Under the pieces are notes generated by a model, which was not told the origin of the DNA, did not search any database, and saw nothing but the letters and a program-made list of their open reading frames with translations. From positions 25,484,001 through 25,548,000 of the forward strand of contig NC_086097.1 in assembly GCF_963921235.1 (NCBI RefSeq): a stretch of 64,000 nt of DNA. The letters are read 5' to 3'. Every line of letters starts with the position of its first letter. Positions within the stretch are counted from its first letter, which is position 1. The position numbers and the translations under genes are program-made. Positions 51,501-63,899 of the stretch are shown here, one piece after another. Origin of the DNA: Mobula hypostoma. Its lineage: Eukaryota.

Positions 51501-53138
51501 TACTTTTTCCTTCACTAACTCTAACTTTGGTCTCTGCATCACTTCCCTCTTCTTTTCTGTGTGGGTTTCCATCCCTCTGCCATATTAGTTTAAAGCCTCC
51601 CCAAGAGCACCAGCAAACTCTCTCCCTAGGACATTGATCCCGGCCCTGCCCAGATTAGATTAGATTATGAGGACACGCAGTCCTCTTTTATTGTCATTTA
51701 GTAACGCATGCATTAAGAAATGATACAATGTTTTTCCAGAATGATATCACAGAAACACATGACAAAACAAGACTGAAAAACTGACAAAAACCACATAATT
51801 ATGACATATAGTTACAACAGTGCAAAGCAAAACCGTAATTTGATAAGAACAGACCATGGGCACGGTAAAGTCTCAAAGTCTCTCAAAAGTCCCATCATCT
51901 CTCGCAGACGGTAAACCTCCAGCGCCGCAAACTTGCCGATGCAGCATCCCGGAAGCATCCGACCACAGTCCGACTCCAAGTCCATCCGAAAACTCCGAGC
52001 CTCCGACCAGCTCTCCAACACCGATGCACCAAGCACCATCCCTGCTGAGCGCTTTGACCCTGGCCCCGGCAACAGGCAATAGGCAAGGCCGAGGATTTGG
52101 GGCCTTCCCCTCCGGAGCTTCTCGATCGCACAGTAGCAGCGGCAGCAAAGCAGGCATTTCAGAAGTTTCTCCAGATGTTCCTCCGTGCTTCTTCACGTCT
52201 GTCTCTATCAAATCAAGATTGTGCACGGCATCCTACTTCACGGATATGATATCATTCAGAACGGACGCGCGCGCTGCATCGCACCGCTATCTTCAATGTA
52301 GACCGTCCAGACAGTACTGGTCCCACCTCCCCCAGAAGCGGTTCCAATTCCCCAAGAATCTGAAACTCTCCCTCCTGCACCACTGCTCAAGCCACATACT
52401 CATTCTAGCTATCCTGCTATTCCAACTTTGGCTAGCACGTGGCACTGGTAATAATCCTGAGACTATTACCTTTGAGGTCCGACTCTTCAATTTATCTCTT
52501 AGCTCCCTAAATTCAACTTGTAGGAACTCATCCCGCTTTCTTCCTATACCGTTAGTACCTACATGCACCACGACAGCTGGCTGCTCACCATCCCCTTTCA
52601 GAATGCCCTGCAGCCTCTCCAAGACACCTCTGACCCTTGCACCCAGGAGTCAACACACCATACAGGAGTCCCGTTTGTGGCCACAGAAGCTCCTCTCTAT
52701 TCCCCTTAACCATGGAATCCCCTACCACAACAGCTCCACCACTCTTTTTCTTGCCCTTATGCTCAGCAGAGCCACCCACAGTGCCATGATCCTGGCTACT
52801 GCTGCGGTCATCTCCCCCAACAGACTCCAAAGCGGTATATCTGTTTTGGAGGGAGATGACCGCAGGATACTCCTGTACTGCCTTCCTGCGACTACTCTTT
52901 CCTGTTGGTCACCCATTCCCTATCTTTCCTTAGTTCCTTAAACTGTGGTGTGACCAGCTCACTAAATGTGCTATCCACAACATTCTCAGCATCTCGGATG
53001 CTCCAAAATGAGTCCATGCACAGCTCCAGTACTGCCATGCGGTCTATCAGGAGCTGCAACTGGACACACTTCCTGCACACATTGTCTTCAGGGACACTGT
53101 CAACCTTCCAGAGTTCCCACATGTCGCAGGAGGAGCAT
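48578..53138 (-). mobile_element. CR1-C, near full length (ORF1 Cys-rich and SGNH esterase-like; ORF2 EN-RT)
   Basis: TSD GATGAAA at 48571-48577 and 53139-53145; ORF1 CRKC, GDSMV, HVGTN, DGLH; 514-aa EN ORF 49948-51492; FADD. Confidence 0.92.
51654..52295 (-). mobile_element. CpG-rich non-autonomous element with (TAATC)n tail, inserted in CR1-C ORF1
   Basis: Interrupts CR1 ORF1 right after DGLH; starts TGAAGATAGCGG and ends AAATGACAATAAAAG..(TAATC)n. Confidence 0.75.
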
Positions 53139-53782
53139 GATGAAAGACATTGATCGTGTGGATAGACAGAGGCTTTTTCCCAGGGCGGAAATGGGTGACA
53201 CGAAAGGGCACAGTTTTAAGGTGCTTGAAAGTAGGTACAGAGATGTCAAGGGTAAGTTTTTTACACAGAGAATGGTGAGTGCATAAATGGGCTGCCGGCG
53301 ATGGTGGTGGAGATGGATACGATAGGGTCTTTTAAGAGACTCCTGGATAGGTACATGGAGCTTAGAAAAATAGGGCTATGGGTTACCCAAGGTAATTTCA
53401 AAAATAAATACATGTTTGGCACAGCATTATGGACTAAAGGGCCTGTATTGTGCTGTAGGTTTTCTATGTTTCTATGCTATGACGGTGATGGGGAATTTCA
53501 ATTTGCGGATAGATTGGGAAAATCAAGTTGGTGCCATATCCCAAGAGAGGGACTTTGTAGAATGCCTACGAGATGGCTTTTTAGAGTAGCTTGTGATTGA
53601 GCCCACTAGGAAAAAGGCAGTTCTGGATTGGGTAAGGCACTTCTGGCTTGGGTGTTGTGTAATGAACTAGATTTGATTAGGCAGTTTAAGATAAAGAATC
53701 CCTTAGAAGGCAGTGATCATAATATGATATAATTCACGTTGCAGTTTGAGAGGGAGAAGATAAAGTCAGATGTATCAATAAC

Positions 53783-54468
53783 AGAATCAGAATCAGGTTT
53801 ACTATAACCGGCATATGTCGTGAATTGTTAACTTAGCAGCAGCAGTTCAATGCAATACATAATATAGAAGAGGAAATAAAAATAATAAACAAATAAATAA
53901 GTAAATCAATTATAGTAAACGTATGTTGAATAGATTAAAAATTGTGGAAAAACAGAAATAATATATATTTAACAAGCGAGGTAGTGTTCAGGGGTTCAAT
54001 GTCCATTTAGGAATTGGATGGCAGAGGGGAAGAAGTTGTTCCTGAATCGCTGAGTATGTGCCTTCAGGCTTCTGTACCTACCTGATGGTAACAGTAAAAG
54101 AAGGGCATGCTCTGGATGCTGGAGGTCCTTAATAATAGACGCAGCCTTTCTGAGACACCGCTCCTTGAAGATGTCCTGGGTGCTTTGTAGGCTAATACCC
54201 AAGATAGAGCCGACTAAATTTACAACCCTCTGCAGCTTCTTTCGGTCCTATGCAGCAGCCGCACCATCACCGCCCCCCCCCCCGCCCCAATACCAGACAG
54301 TGATGCAGCCTGTCAGAAAGCTCTTCATGGTACATCTATAGAAGTTTTTGAGTGTTTTTGTTGACATACCAAATCTCTTCAAACTCTTAATGAAGTATAG
54401 TCGCTGTCTTGCCTTCTTTATAACTGTATCAATTTTTTGGGACCAGGTTAGGTCCTCAGAGATTTTGA
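53783..54468 (-). mobile_element. Rex1/Babar 3' fragment
   Basis: RCLRKAASIIKD..LPSGRYRSL..RFRNNFFP; (TTCTGA)n tail. Confidence 0.88.
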
Positions 54469-55489
54469 CATCATTACAGTGGAGTAAAGGGAATTACAGA
54501 GGTATGATAGAGGAGCTGGCCAAAGTTGATTGTAAGGGGACACTATCAGGGACTTCAAGATGGCGGCATTAAGTGGCGACTGTTCGTGTGCAGCTCTGAT
54601 GGGAATCATCAAATATTCCCATTTAGAACTGCTACAGCTGAAATCCAGCCACAGTCATTGGTACTTCAGAAAGCAGTATCATTTTAAGACATTTAAAAAA
54701 TCTAAATACGCAAATTCAATTAACCTTAAATGGCAGACTTGGGTCACAAGTGCAATTCCCTTTAAGAAAGCAGAAGCAGGGACATCACACTGGTCTACAA
54801 GTTCGATTGAAAAGCAAATGCTTTAGCATTCTTCTCCTGACCATCCTGCTGGTGAATGAAGAGTTTCTGGAAAATAAAACTGAAAACATCTGAGCAACAT
54901 TGCTCTACCAGAAGGATATCAGGGACTGCTGTGTACTTTGCCTCACAGAAACATGGCTTACACCCGCCATTTCAGTTGCAGCATTGCAGTTTGATGGTTT
55001 CACCATTCTCCACAAAAACAGGACAGCTCAGTCTTTTAAAGGCAGAGGAGGTAGTGTATGCTTTATGATTAACTCATTGTGGTGCACTCACATGGTGGTT
55101 CTGTATCAGTCCTGCTCACCTGACCTGGAACATTTAGCGGTCAAATGTCATCCATTTTATCTGCCAAGGCAGTTTTCTGCCATCATCCTGATGGTGGAGT
55201 ACATTCCACCTCAGGCCAATGTCAGGCAGTCTCTGGAGAAGCTGGTCAATGCAATCAGCAGGCATTAAACTGTGCACCCTGATGCCTTTCTTATCATTGC
55301 AGGAGATTTCAGCCAGGCCCTCTTGATTAAGTCTCTGAACAACTACCACCAATATATCACTCGTAAAACCAGAAGAGCCAATACACTTGACCACTGTTAT
55401 ACCACCACCAAGAACACTTACCGGGAGTTTCAAGATGGCAGCACAGTGAAAAGTCTGCTTTGCTGAGTTCAGCACCGCAACACTGATAA

Positions 55490-56235
55490 TTTTGATAACA
55501 CTGATAACACAAGTAATTCAGGAAGTTACGGAGAACATATCCAAAATGATGGACAAGAAGCCGGCTCCACTCTCTCTAACACTCCAAAACCACATACTGG
55601 AGCTTAAAAATATTGATACAAGAACAACCGAAGCCAATGGCAGAGTTTCCACTGTAGAAACTGTAACTGATTCAGGCCCAAAGCCACATCTGGGCGCTAG
55701 AAAAGCAAGTTCAAAGCCTGTCTGACTCTATCAATGATCTTGAGAACAGAAGTAAGAGAAAGAATATATGAATCATCGGTCTACCTGAAGGTACAGAAGG
55801 CAGCCTCCGGCGAAGTTTTTTGAGGGCTGGCTGCCTAATTTCTTGATTTGGAAACCAAGGCTGGATGCATTAAAGTGGAAAGAGCTCACTGTATGCTGGC
55901 GCCAAAACCGGGCCGAGGCCAACGCCCTCCACCCGTCCTCGTGCGGTTCCATAATTTCGGTGATAAGCAAAGAGTGATGGAGGCTTCGAGGCACCGCAGG
56001 ACTGATGCCCAGGCTTTAATATATGAGGGAACCAGGCTTATGTTTTTTCCAAGATTTTTTGGCAGTCGTTATTCGGAAGCGCAAAGAATTCGACCAGGTA
56101 AAGAAGCAGCTGAGAGAATCCGGAATCCAGTACTTTATGCTATACCCAGCGGCGCTGAAAATCACCTACAACAGGACCACCAAGATACTTGATTCTCCTG
56201 GCAAAGCTAAAACTTTTGTGGACACGTTGGGCTAA
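55490..56235 (+). pseudogene. L1 ORF1 remnant
   Basis: DLENRSKRKNI.IIGLPEG, KVERAH, VLVRFHNF, FFQDF..RKEF, LYPAALKI. Confidence 0.85.
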
Positions 56236-56673
56236 AGAATGTATACAGTATATTGTGTAGCCCTGGTTACGGACAATAACATGCTCGATGGTTGCTTTAT
56301 TTTATCTTTTCATTACTCGATGGCAAGATATCTTATAGGATGGGTAACATGTTTGTTTTGATTGATACAGTTTCATTATTTGTTTAAATTAGCGGTGCTG
56401 CTCCAGCCTGAAGGAGTTTAAATAGGTCGGTAACAAATTGGTGGCTTGATAAATTATGCCCTGTTTTCATTTTTAACTATGTTAAATGCCATATTGGCAG
56501 TGGGGCAGAATAGAAGGTTCAGATATCCTCTTTAAGTGTGGGGTAAAGTCCTCTTGTTCAGTGCTGTTGGCGCTTTGTTTTTTTTGTGTTTTTTTTTATT
56601 TACTTATTTCTGCTCAGCTGATCTTAGGTCGAATTTCTTCTCCTCCAGAGCCACATGATTGTTATGAAGGGTT

Positions 56674-59600
56674 ATGACCAGTAATATATTAAAATTGTGC
56701 ACTTGGAACATTAAGGGGAGTCATTCACCAATCAAGAGAAAGAAAATCCTACTAAACCTGAAAAAGGAAAGGGTGGATATAGCCTTATTGCAGGAGACAC
56801 ATTTAAATGATAAAGAACATCTAAAGATGCAACAGAGTGGATTTCATCAAGTCTATTTTCATCTTTTAATACCAGGAGTGGGGGGATGGCAATTTTAATT
56901 AGGAAGAACTTATCTTTTAAGTTATTAGACTGCATTAAGGATAAGTATGGGAGATGTGTGATTGTTAAGGCTTCAGTATATGGAGAGGAATATGGTATTC
57001 TCAATGTTTATTGCCCTCCAGCTCATCCTGTCAAATTCCTAACAGATGCTTTTCCCAAACTTACAAGCTTTTCAATACAAAACATTATTGTAGGTGGGGA
57101 TTTTAATTGTCTCATGGACCCATTGATGGACAGAGTGCCTAGTGATCCCCCTTTGCTCTCCTCACAGTCCAACCGAATCATGGGCTTATGTGGAGAACGA
57201 GGACTTGTGGATGCTTGGAGGTTGTTACATCCCTCAGACAAAGACTTCACATTTTTTTCTAATCCACAGAAGTGTTACACCAGAATAGACTTTTTTCTAA
57301 CCCCAAAACGCTCCTAGGTTTAGTTGTATCCTGCACAATTGGAAATATCGCTATTTCTGACCATGCAGCAGTATATTTAAATATTAAGCCCAAAGGTAAT
57401 TCAGCACAATCTAGACATTAGAGGCTGAATCCCCTTATTCTAAAAGATAATACATTTATAGACTACTTTACTTCTGAATTCAAAACTTTCCTATCTATTA
57501 ATTCCAAATCAGCTGGTAGTCCATCGATGCTCTGGGAAACCACTAAGGCCTATGCAAGGGGATTAATTATCTCCTACTCTGCTAGTAAGAAGCGACAAGC
57601 TGCGGAACAGCAGTGCCTGGTGGAAGCAAGGCTTGCGGCAGCTGAAATGTATTATATTAATAAGCCTTCTGCAGCCAAGTTACAGAATATCACAGCCCTA
57701 CGCTGTACACTAAACTCTTTACTTACACAAGCAGCCAAAAGAAAATTGATATTTGTTAAACAACAACTGTTTGAACATGGTGAGAAACCAGGTTGGTATT
57801 CGTCTTATTTAGCTAGAAAGAAAAATGCCTCTCAGACTATTGCTTCAATTAGGGATGGGACAGGAGCCCTCACTAGTAATTCTAAAATGATTAATGTTGT
57901 GTTTAAGAATTTTTATTCTAAACTGTATCAATCTGAGCAATGTAATGATGGACAATCTAGTATGGAGTCCTTTTTCAGGAATTTAGATCTCCTAGGCATT
58001 TCTTCTGAACAAGAGTCCCTCCTCAATGCTCCATTATCTATACATGAGATACAGGAAGCTGTGAGACAGCTCCAAAGTGGGAAGGCCCCTGGTCCTGATG
58101 GACTCACTAGTGAATTCTTTAAAGAGTTCACAGGGTTATTATCCGAGCCTATGCTAAATATGTTCAATCATGCATTTAATTTCCGTCTCCTACCACCATC
58201 ATTGAGAGAAGCTAATATCTCCCTAATTCTTAAGAAAGGGAAGAGCCCTGAAGATTGTGCCTCCTACAAGCCTATTTCATTGTTAAATGTTGACTTTAAA
58301 ATCTTATCTAAAACCTTGGCATTGCGATTCAAAACCGTGTTACCTTTTATCATAAAAGAGGATAAAACAGGTTTTGTAAAAGGCCGTAGATCATCTAACA
58401 ATATCAGAAGATTACTTAATGTGATTCAGGCATGTCAGCTACAGGCAGTGGATGGCGTGGTGGTTTCCTTAGATGCAGAAAAGGCCTTTGATCGTGTCGA
58501 ATGGCCGTATCTTTTTTCCACTTAAGAACAATTTGGTTTGGGCAATAATTTTATTAAGTGGGTGAAGGTTCTTTATAATGACCCTTTGGCTGCGATTCTC
58601 ACTAATGGTATTAGGTCGGATAATTTTAGTATTCTGAGGGGCAGCCGGCAGGGCTGCCCTTCATCACCACTACTTTTCACACGAGTGATCGAGTCATTGG
58701 CTGAGGCTATTTGGCAAGACCCCAAAATATCTGCTCCAGACATAGGACTAAAGTCACATAAGATTACATTGTATGCGGATAATGTTTTAATTTTCTTATC
58801 AAACCCTGCTATATCAGTGCACCACCTTATACAATGCATCAATTCATTTAGCACCTTTTCAGGTTACAAAATCAACTTTACTAAATAAGAGGCTATGCCT
58901 CTGGGGAATCTGCAGCAGGTACCTGACATTCAGGGTGTTTTCCCCTTTAAATGATCGCAGACAGGTTTGTTTACTTAGGCATATTTATCACACCTACGTT
59001 TGATCAATTGTTCCAAGCTAACTTTACAGTTATTTGACAAAATGAAACAGGATCTTGAGTGATGGAGCACTCTTCTCATTTCTTGGCTTGGCCGAATATC
59101 CTTGCTCAAAACGAACATTCTTCCTTGTCTGCTCTACCCAATACGAATGATTCCAGTCACTTTTATCCAACAAATATTTAAAAAAAAAATGGCTGGTTTG
59201 TTTCTTTCATCTGGAACAGCAAAAAGACCCTGTATTAAGATGTCTAAGTTACAGCTTCCCAGTAGTCTAGGGGGTCTGGATTTTCCAGACGTCAAAAAAT
59301 ATCAATTAAGTTCCTTTTTATCTTATGTGGTTGACTGGGTTTGCAGGGACTCCTCCTCTATTTGGGTAGACATTGAAGCTTCACAAGCAAAATACCCTCT
59401 TATTAATGTGCTTTTCCTCAATAAGATGAAACTAGTTAAGGAATATTGTCACAATCCAATAACAATTAATACAGTCAGGGCTTGGAGGGCGGTGCGACAA
59501 ATTGAGGGCAACGCAGCGAAAATATCACCCTTCACTCCAATAACCGGCAGTCCAGATTTTCAGCCTGGCATAATGGATTCTGGATTTAAACTTCAGATTT

Positions 59601-60492
59601 ATAAGGGTATTTTCCATTTAGGAGGTTTGTTTGATGAAGGAACAATGATGTCTTTTAGTTAAGTAGTACAGAAACTTAACATACCCAACAAGGATCTTTT
59701 TCGTTTCTTTCAGATAAGAGATTATTACAGAAAAAAACATCATTGTTAACTGATTTCTATAGTTCTGACATAGAAAAGAGGGTGTTTCCTTCTAAGGGTG
59801 AAGTATCTATTAGTACTTTTTACAGCATCCTGAGGGAATGTTCTTGTGGAGAGGCTGAGCAGCTGGGAAGGGTCTGGGAGGAAGAACTGGGAGTAGAAAT
59901 CACAGCAGAAACATGGGAAGACGTCTGTGATAATGCAAAGAAGATTTCAGTTTGTAATAGAACTAAAGCATTACAACTCAAAATTCTGCATAGAGCCTAT
60001 CTGACTCCAGATCGTCTCTCGAAATTTAAGACGGGGGTTTCTCCAATGTGTTCTAAATGCGAAGTAAATACTGGAACTTTCACCCACTGTTTTTGGACTT
60101 GTCCCAAACTTCAGGCATAGAGTGGTATTTTGGGTGAAATGGAAAAGATTCTGAAGATGGAGCTTGAACTGGACCCAGTGTCTTTTCTCTTAGGCTTACC
60201 CAGCAGTCGTATTATTAATGCACATCAGAAAAAAAATTTTAACATCCTGACTTTTTGTGCGAGGAAGAACATGTTACTTTGTTGGATATCCAATAAGGCC
60301 CCTGGACTTTTTGGTTGGTGTAAATTACTCATGGAGTACATTCCTTTGGACTTTTTGACATGTATGGTACACTCAAAAGCAAATAGTTTTCATAAAACAT
60401 GGCAACCTTTTCTGCAGTACATAGCTGTAAACCTGTCCGCTATACTAATAAGGGCTGTTGTACAGGATGTTGTGGTGATGTCTATATTTTGA
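56674..60492 (+). pseudogene. L1 ORF2 remnant (EN, RT, Cys-rich C-terminus)
   Basis: TWNIKG, LQETH, GGDFN, RIDFF, SDH, KAPGPDG, SLDAEKAFDRV, RQGCP, LYADN, CSKC..THCFWTC. Confidence 0.93.
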
Positions 60493-62004
60493 TGGAAGTG
60501 TTCTGATACCTGATATCTGTGAGGGGAAGAAATGTAAATGTAAGTGTATCTGGAAATTGAAAGTTTTGTTATGCTGAAACAAAAAAAAAGAAAAAAATTT
60601 TTAAATTAAAAAAAAGAATGCTTACCATGCCATCCCACGCCTACACTTTGCAAAGTCTGATCACCTGCCTATACTTCTATTCCCAGCCTATAGGCAGAGA
60701 CTAAAGACCACAGCGCCAGTGGTGAGAACCAAAAAGGTATAGTCAAGGGAAGCGGAGGAGCACTTACAAGACTGTTTTGAGTCAGTGGACTGGACAATAT
60801 TCAGGGATTCATCGTCAAATCTGAATTAATATGCCACAGCTTTCACCAACTTCATCAAAATCTGAGTGGATGAGCAAGTGCCTTCAAGAACATACCGACC
60901 ATACTCAAAGCAAAAGCCATACATGAACCAGGAGATTGGTAGACTGCTGAGGCTCTGCTGAATCTGTGGCATTCGAGACCAGTGATCCAGAACAATAGAA
61001 GTCTAGGTTTAACTTATGGGAAGTTATCATAAGAGTGATAAAACAATTCCAGTTGAGGCTAGAGATGGAATCAGATGCGTCAGCTCTGTCAGAGTTTGCA
61101 GGCCATTACTTCCTACAAGGTGAAACCTAACATCCTGAGTGGCAGGGATGCCTCACTCCCAGATAAGCTCAATGCCTTTTATACACACTTTGAAAGGAAG
61201 AATTAAACTGTATTTTATACAAAGTCCTGCAGCATCTGGTGACTCTGAAATCTCCGTCTCAGAGGCCAAAGTCGGAACATCTTTCGTGAGGGTGAACCTT
61301 CGCAAGGCATCAGACTCTGATGGTGTACCTGGTAGGGCTCTGAAAACCTGTATCAACTGGCAGGAGTGTTCAAGGACATCTTTTATCTCTTACTGCTACA
61401 CTCGTTGGTTCCCACCGGTTTCAAAAGGCGACAATCATACCAGTGCCCATGAAGAGCAGGAAGAGCTGCCTCAACAACTATCGCCCAGTGACACTCACAT
61501 CTACTGTGATGAAGTGCATTAAAAGATTGGTCATGGCAAGAATCAACTCCTGCTTAAACAAGGACCTGAAACCACTGCAATTTGTCTACCGCCACAATAG
61601 GTCTACAGTGGATGCAACCTCACAGGCTCCCCAGCCGGCCTTGGATCACCAGGACAATAGTAATACTTATATCAGACTGCTGTTTATTGACTACAGCTCA
61701 GTGTTCAACACAATCATACCCTCAGTTCTAATCAACAAGATTCAAAGCCTGGGTCTCTATACCCCCATCTGCAACCGGATCCTTGTCTTACGGGTTGGAA
61801 GGCCACAGTCTTTGTGTGAATTAGAAGTAACATTTCCTCCTCACTGACAATCAACACTTGTGCACCTCAAGAATGTGTGCTTAGCCCACTGATCTACTTT
61901 CTCTATGCCCACAACTGTGTGACCAGGCACAGCTCAAACGCCATCTATAAATTTACTGATGACACAACTATTGTAGGCAGAATTTCAGATGGTAATGAGA
62001 AGCT

Positions 62005-62235
62005 CTAAACTCAAAGTTAAAAATTTATTATTAAAGCACATATACTGTATGTCACCATATAGAACCCTGAGATTCATTTTCTTGTGGGCATACGCAATAA
62101 ATCCAATAACCATAATAGAATCAATGAAATACCACACCAATTGGGCATACAACCAGTGTGCAGAAGACAATAAACTGTGCAAATACAAAAATAAATAATA
62201 ATAACAATGATAATAAGGAAGTAATATCAAGATGA
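62005..62235 (-). mobile_element. Rex1/Babar 3' tail
   Basis: CCCTGAGATTCATTTTCTTGTGGGCAT, as at ~2475. Confidence 0.75.
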
Positions 62236-62714
62236 AGAGTTGGCACAGCTACCTTCCCTCCTGTTCTGCTCAAGCAGCTGAACCTTTCTACCTGAACAAA
62301 AGCTTGCATTCTTGCAGTTGGGGCATTTACACTGAAGCTCATTATGCTTTAGTAGCAACAAATAGCAATGGACAATTATGGAAACTGTGGGTCTGTCACC
62401 TCTTCAGAACTCTGATAAAACATGGTTACTTACTTGCATAGCTCTGTCTGACTTGTTTGAGTTCATCCACCACTTTATGTGTATTGCTCTGGATTTCCAG
62501 AATCTGCAAAGTCTCTTGCGTTTATGGTTGCTGCTCCACTGCAAAGTCACTTTGAGGTATGCCTACCCTGAAGAAGTTTAAACCTTCTCTTCAACATGAG
62601 TTCAGTGATACTCTCTCGCTGCCCTTCGACCACGTGCTCAGCCAGACTCACTACCACAGCCACGTATCCTTCCTGGGAACTTATCTTCACCTCCACCTAA
62701 TTCCACTTTCCTCT

Positions 62715-62880
62715 CATAGAAACATAGAAAAGCCTACAGTACTATACAGGCCCTTCGGACCACAATGCTGAGCCAAACATGTACTTACTTTAGAAATTAC
62801 CTAGGGTTACCCATAGCCCTCTATTTTTCCAGGCTCCATGTACCTATCCAAGATTCTCTTAAAAGACCCTATTGTATCCT
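62715..62880 (-). mobile_element. CR1 3' tail
   Basis: CATAGAAACATAGAAAA..TACAGGCCCTTCGG, as at 4506 and 37795. Confidence 0.85.
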
Positions 62881-62884
62881 CATA

Positions 62885-63195
62885 TCAGATCTTTCTTCTC
62901 CAGCCCTTTGCCTTTTCCACCTATCACCTCCCAGCTTCTTACTTCATCCCCCTCTCACCTACCTACCTGGATTCACTAATTTGACTCATTTGTCCTCCTT
63001 CCAACAACCCCCCCCCCCCACCCCAGCTGATTCTGGCATCTTCCCTCATCAATTCCAATCCTGCTGAAGGATGTTGGCCTGAAATGTCAACTGTTTATTC
63101 ATTTCCATAGATGCTGCCTGACCTGTTGAGTTCCTCCAGCATTTTATATGTGTTGCTCTGGATTTCCAGCATCTGCAAAATCTATTGTGCTTTGA
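62885..63195 (+). mobile_element. PLE terminal repeat relic with hammerhead-like motif (63056-63093)
   Basis: Pyrimidine tract, then CAATC-CTGCTGA-AGG..CCT-GAAATGTC-AACTG and ATAGATGCTGCCTGACC. Confidence 0.75.
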
Positions 63196-63249
63196 ATTAA
63201 CTATGAACCTTTTCCTGCTTTTCAATACTTAATGCAATTGTTGTTATAA

Positions 63250-63865
63250 CAATTGTAAGGGGAACAATGAAAAAACTAGAGGGAACAAACAAGCTGATTC
63301 CTTTGCTAAGGAAGCAACAGCAGATCTTTATGGCCACGAGGTACCCCAGTGTGATCGAGCTGCCAATACTTTCCAAATTTTTTCATGAACTAGTATAATT
63401 ACAGCATGATGCATCCATAGCTGAAAGGACTTTATGGACTAAAGCACACTATGTGCCAAACTATAAATGATTCCAGGTATAATTGAAAATGAGAGATTCT
63501 CAACCAGAGCAAGAAAAATAGCAGCAACTGTATGATTTATCAGAGACATAATTCCAAAAGACACAGCCAGAATCTGCCACTGCTGGGCCCTCCCCATGGA
63601 GGGATTTGTGTATCTTCAAACTGACTTCATGCAGTTACCTAAACATATGTGTTGTGTTATTTTGTTAGTTACTGCCATGGGTAAAAGCTTATCCAACTCG
63701 GAGAATTGATGTTGCTAATTTTTTATTCTGGGAATTTATTCTGAGCTTTGGGATCCTTGAGAAAATCTCAAGTGATAATGATACTTGCTTTACCGATAAA
63801 GCTATATAGGAGTTGACAAAAGCCTTGCTGTGTGAACATCATTTCACCTGCCTTTACCACTGTGT
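63250..63865 (+). pseudogene. pol: Endogenous retrovirus-like pol relic (RNase H end plus integrase)
   Basis: RGNKQADSFAKEA; LQTDFMQLP..WVKAYPTR..EFILSFGILEKISSDN..FT; contains stops. Confidence 0.7.
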
Positions 63866-63899
63866 AAGATGTACCATAGCTGGTCCTATCAAAGGGAAA

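Larger units (their letters stand above)
47089..53476 (+). mobile_element. CR1-B, 5'-truncated (47089-48577 and 53139-53476)
   Basis: [35 protein letters not shown] resumes after 53139; TTTCTATG tail. Confidence 0.9.
46885..54550 (+). mobile_element. CR1-A endonuclease fragment, outermost host (46885-47088, 53477-53782, 54469-54550)
   Basis: KNEIKSLKRGDIG..LRNCKG.KTLMG.IY; resumes as VMGNFN..DW and LEGSDHNMI; resumes again as LQWSKGNYRG. Confidence 0.75.
55423..60613 (+). mobile_element. Near full-length L1-clade LINE, degenerate
   Basis: ORF1, spacer, ORF2 and poly(A); TSD AAGAACACTTACC (55410-55422) / AAGAATGCTTACC (60614-60626). Confidence 0.93.
54550..62000 (+). mobile_element. Rex1/Babar LINE (54550-55422 and 60614-62000) split by an L1
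   Basis: CLTETW, YLPRQF, GDF, LDHCYTT.KN; resumes as YHAIPRLHFAKSDH; then NYRPVTLTS and FIDYSSVFNT. Confidence 0.9.

Noticed and set aside
51856..52941. 361-aa plus-strand ORF as a novel gene
   Set aside because: It spans the antisense strands of two different elements across an insertion junction and has no recognisable domain.
62540..62700. Penelope ORF N-terminal fragment (HSHVSFLGTYL)
   Set aside because: Plausible but too short and decayed to list as a supported feature.
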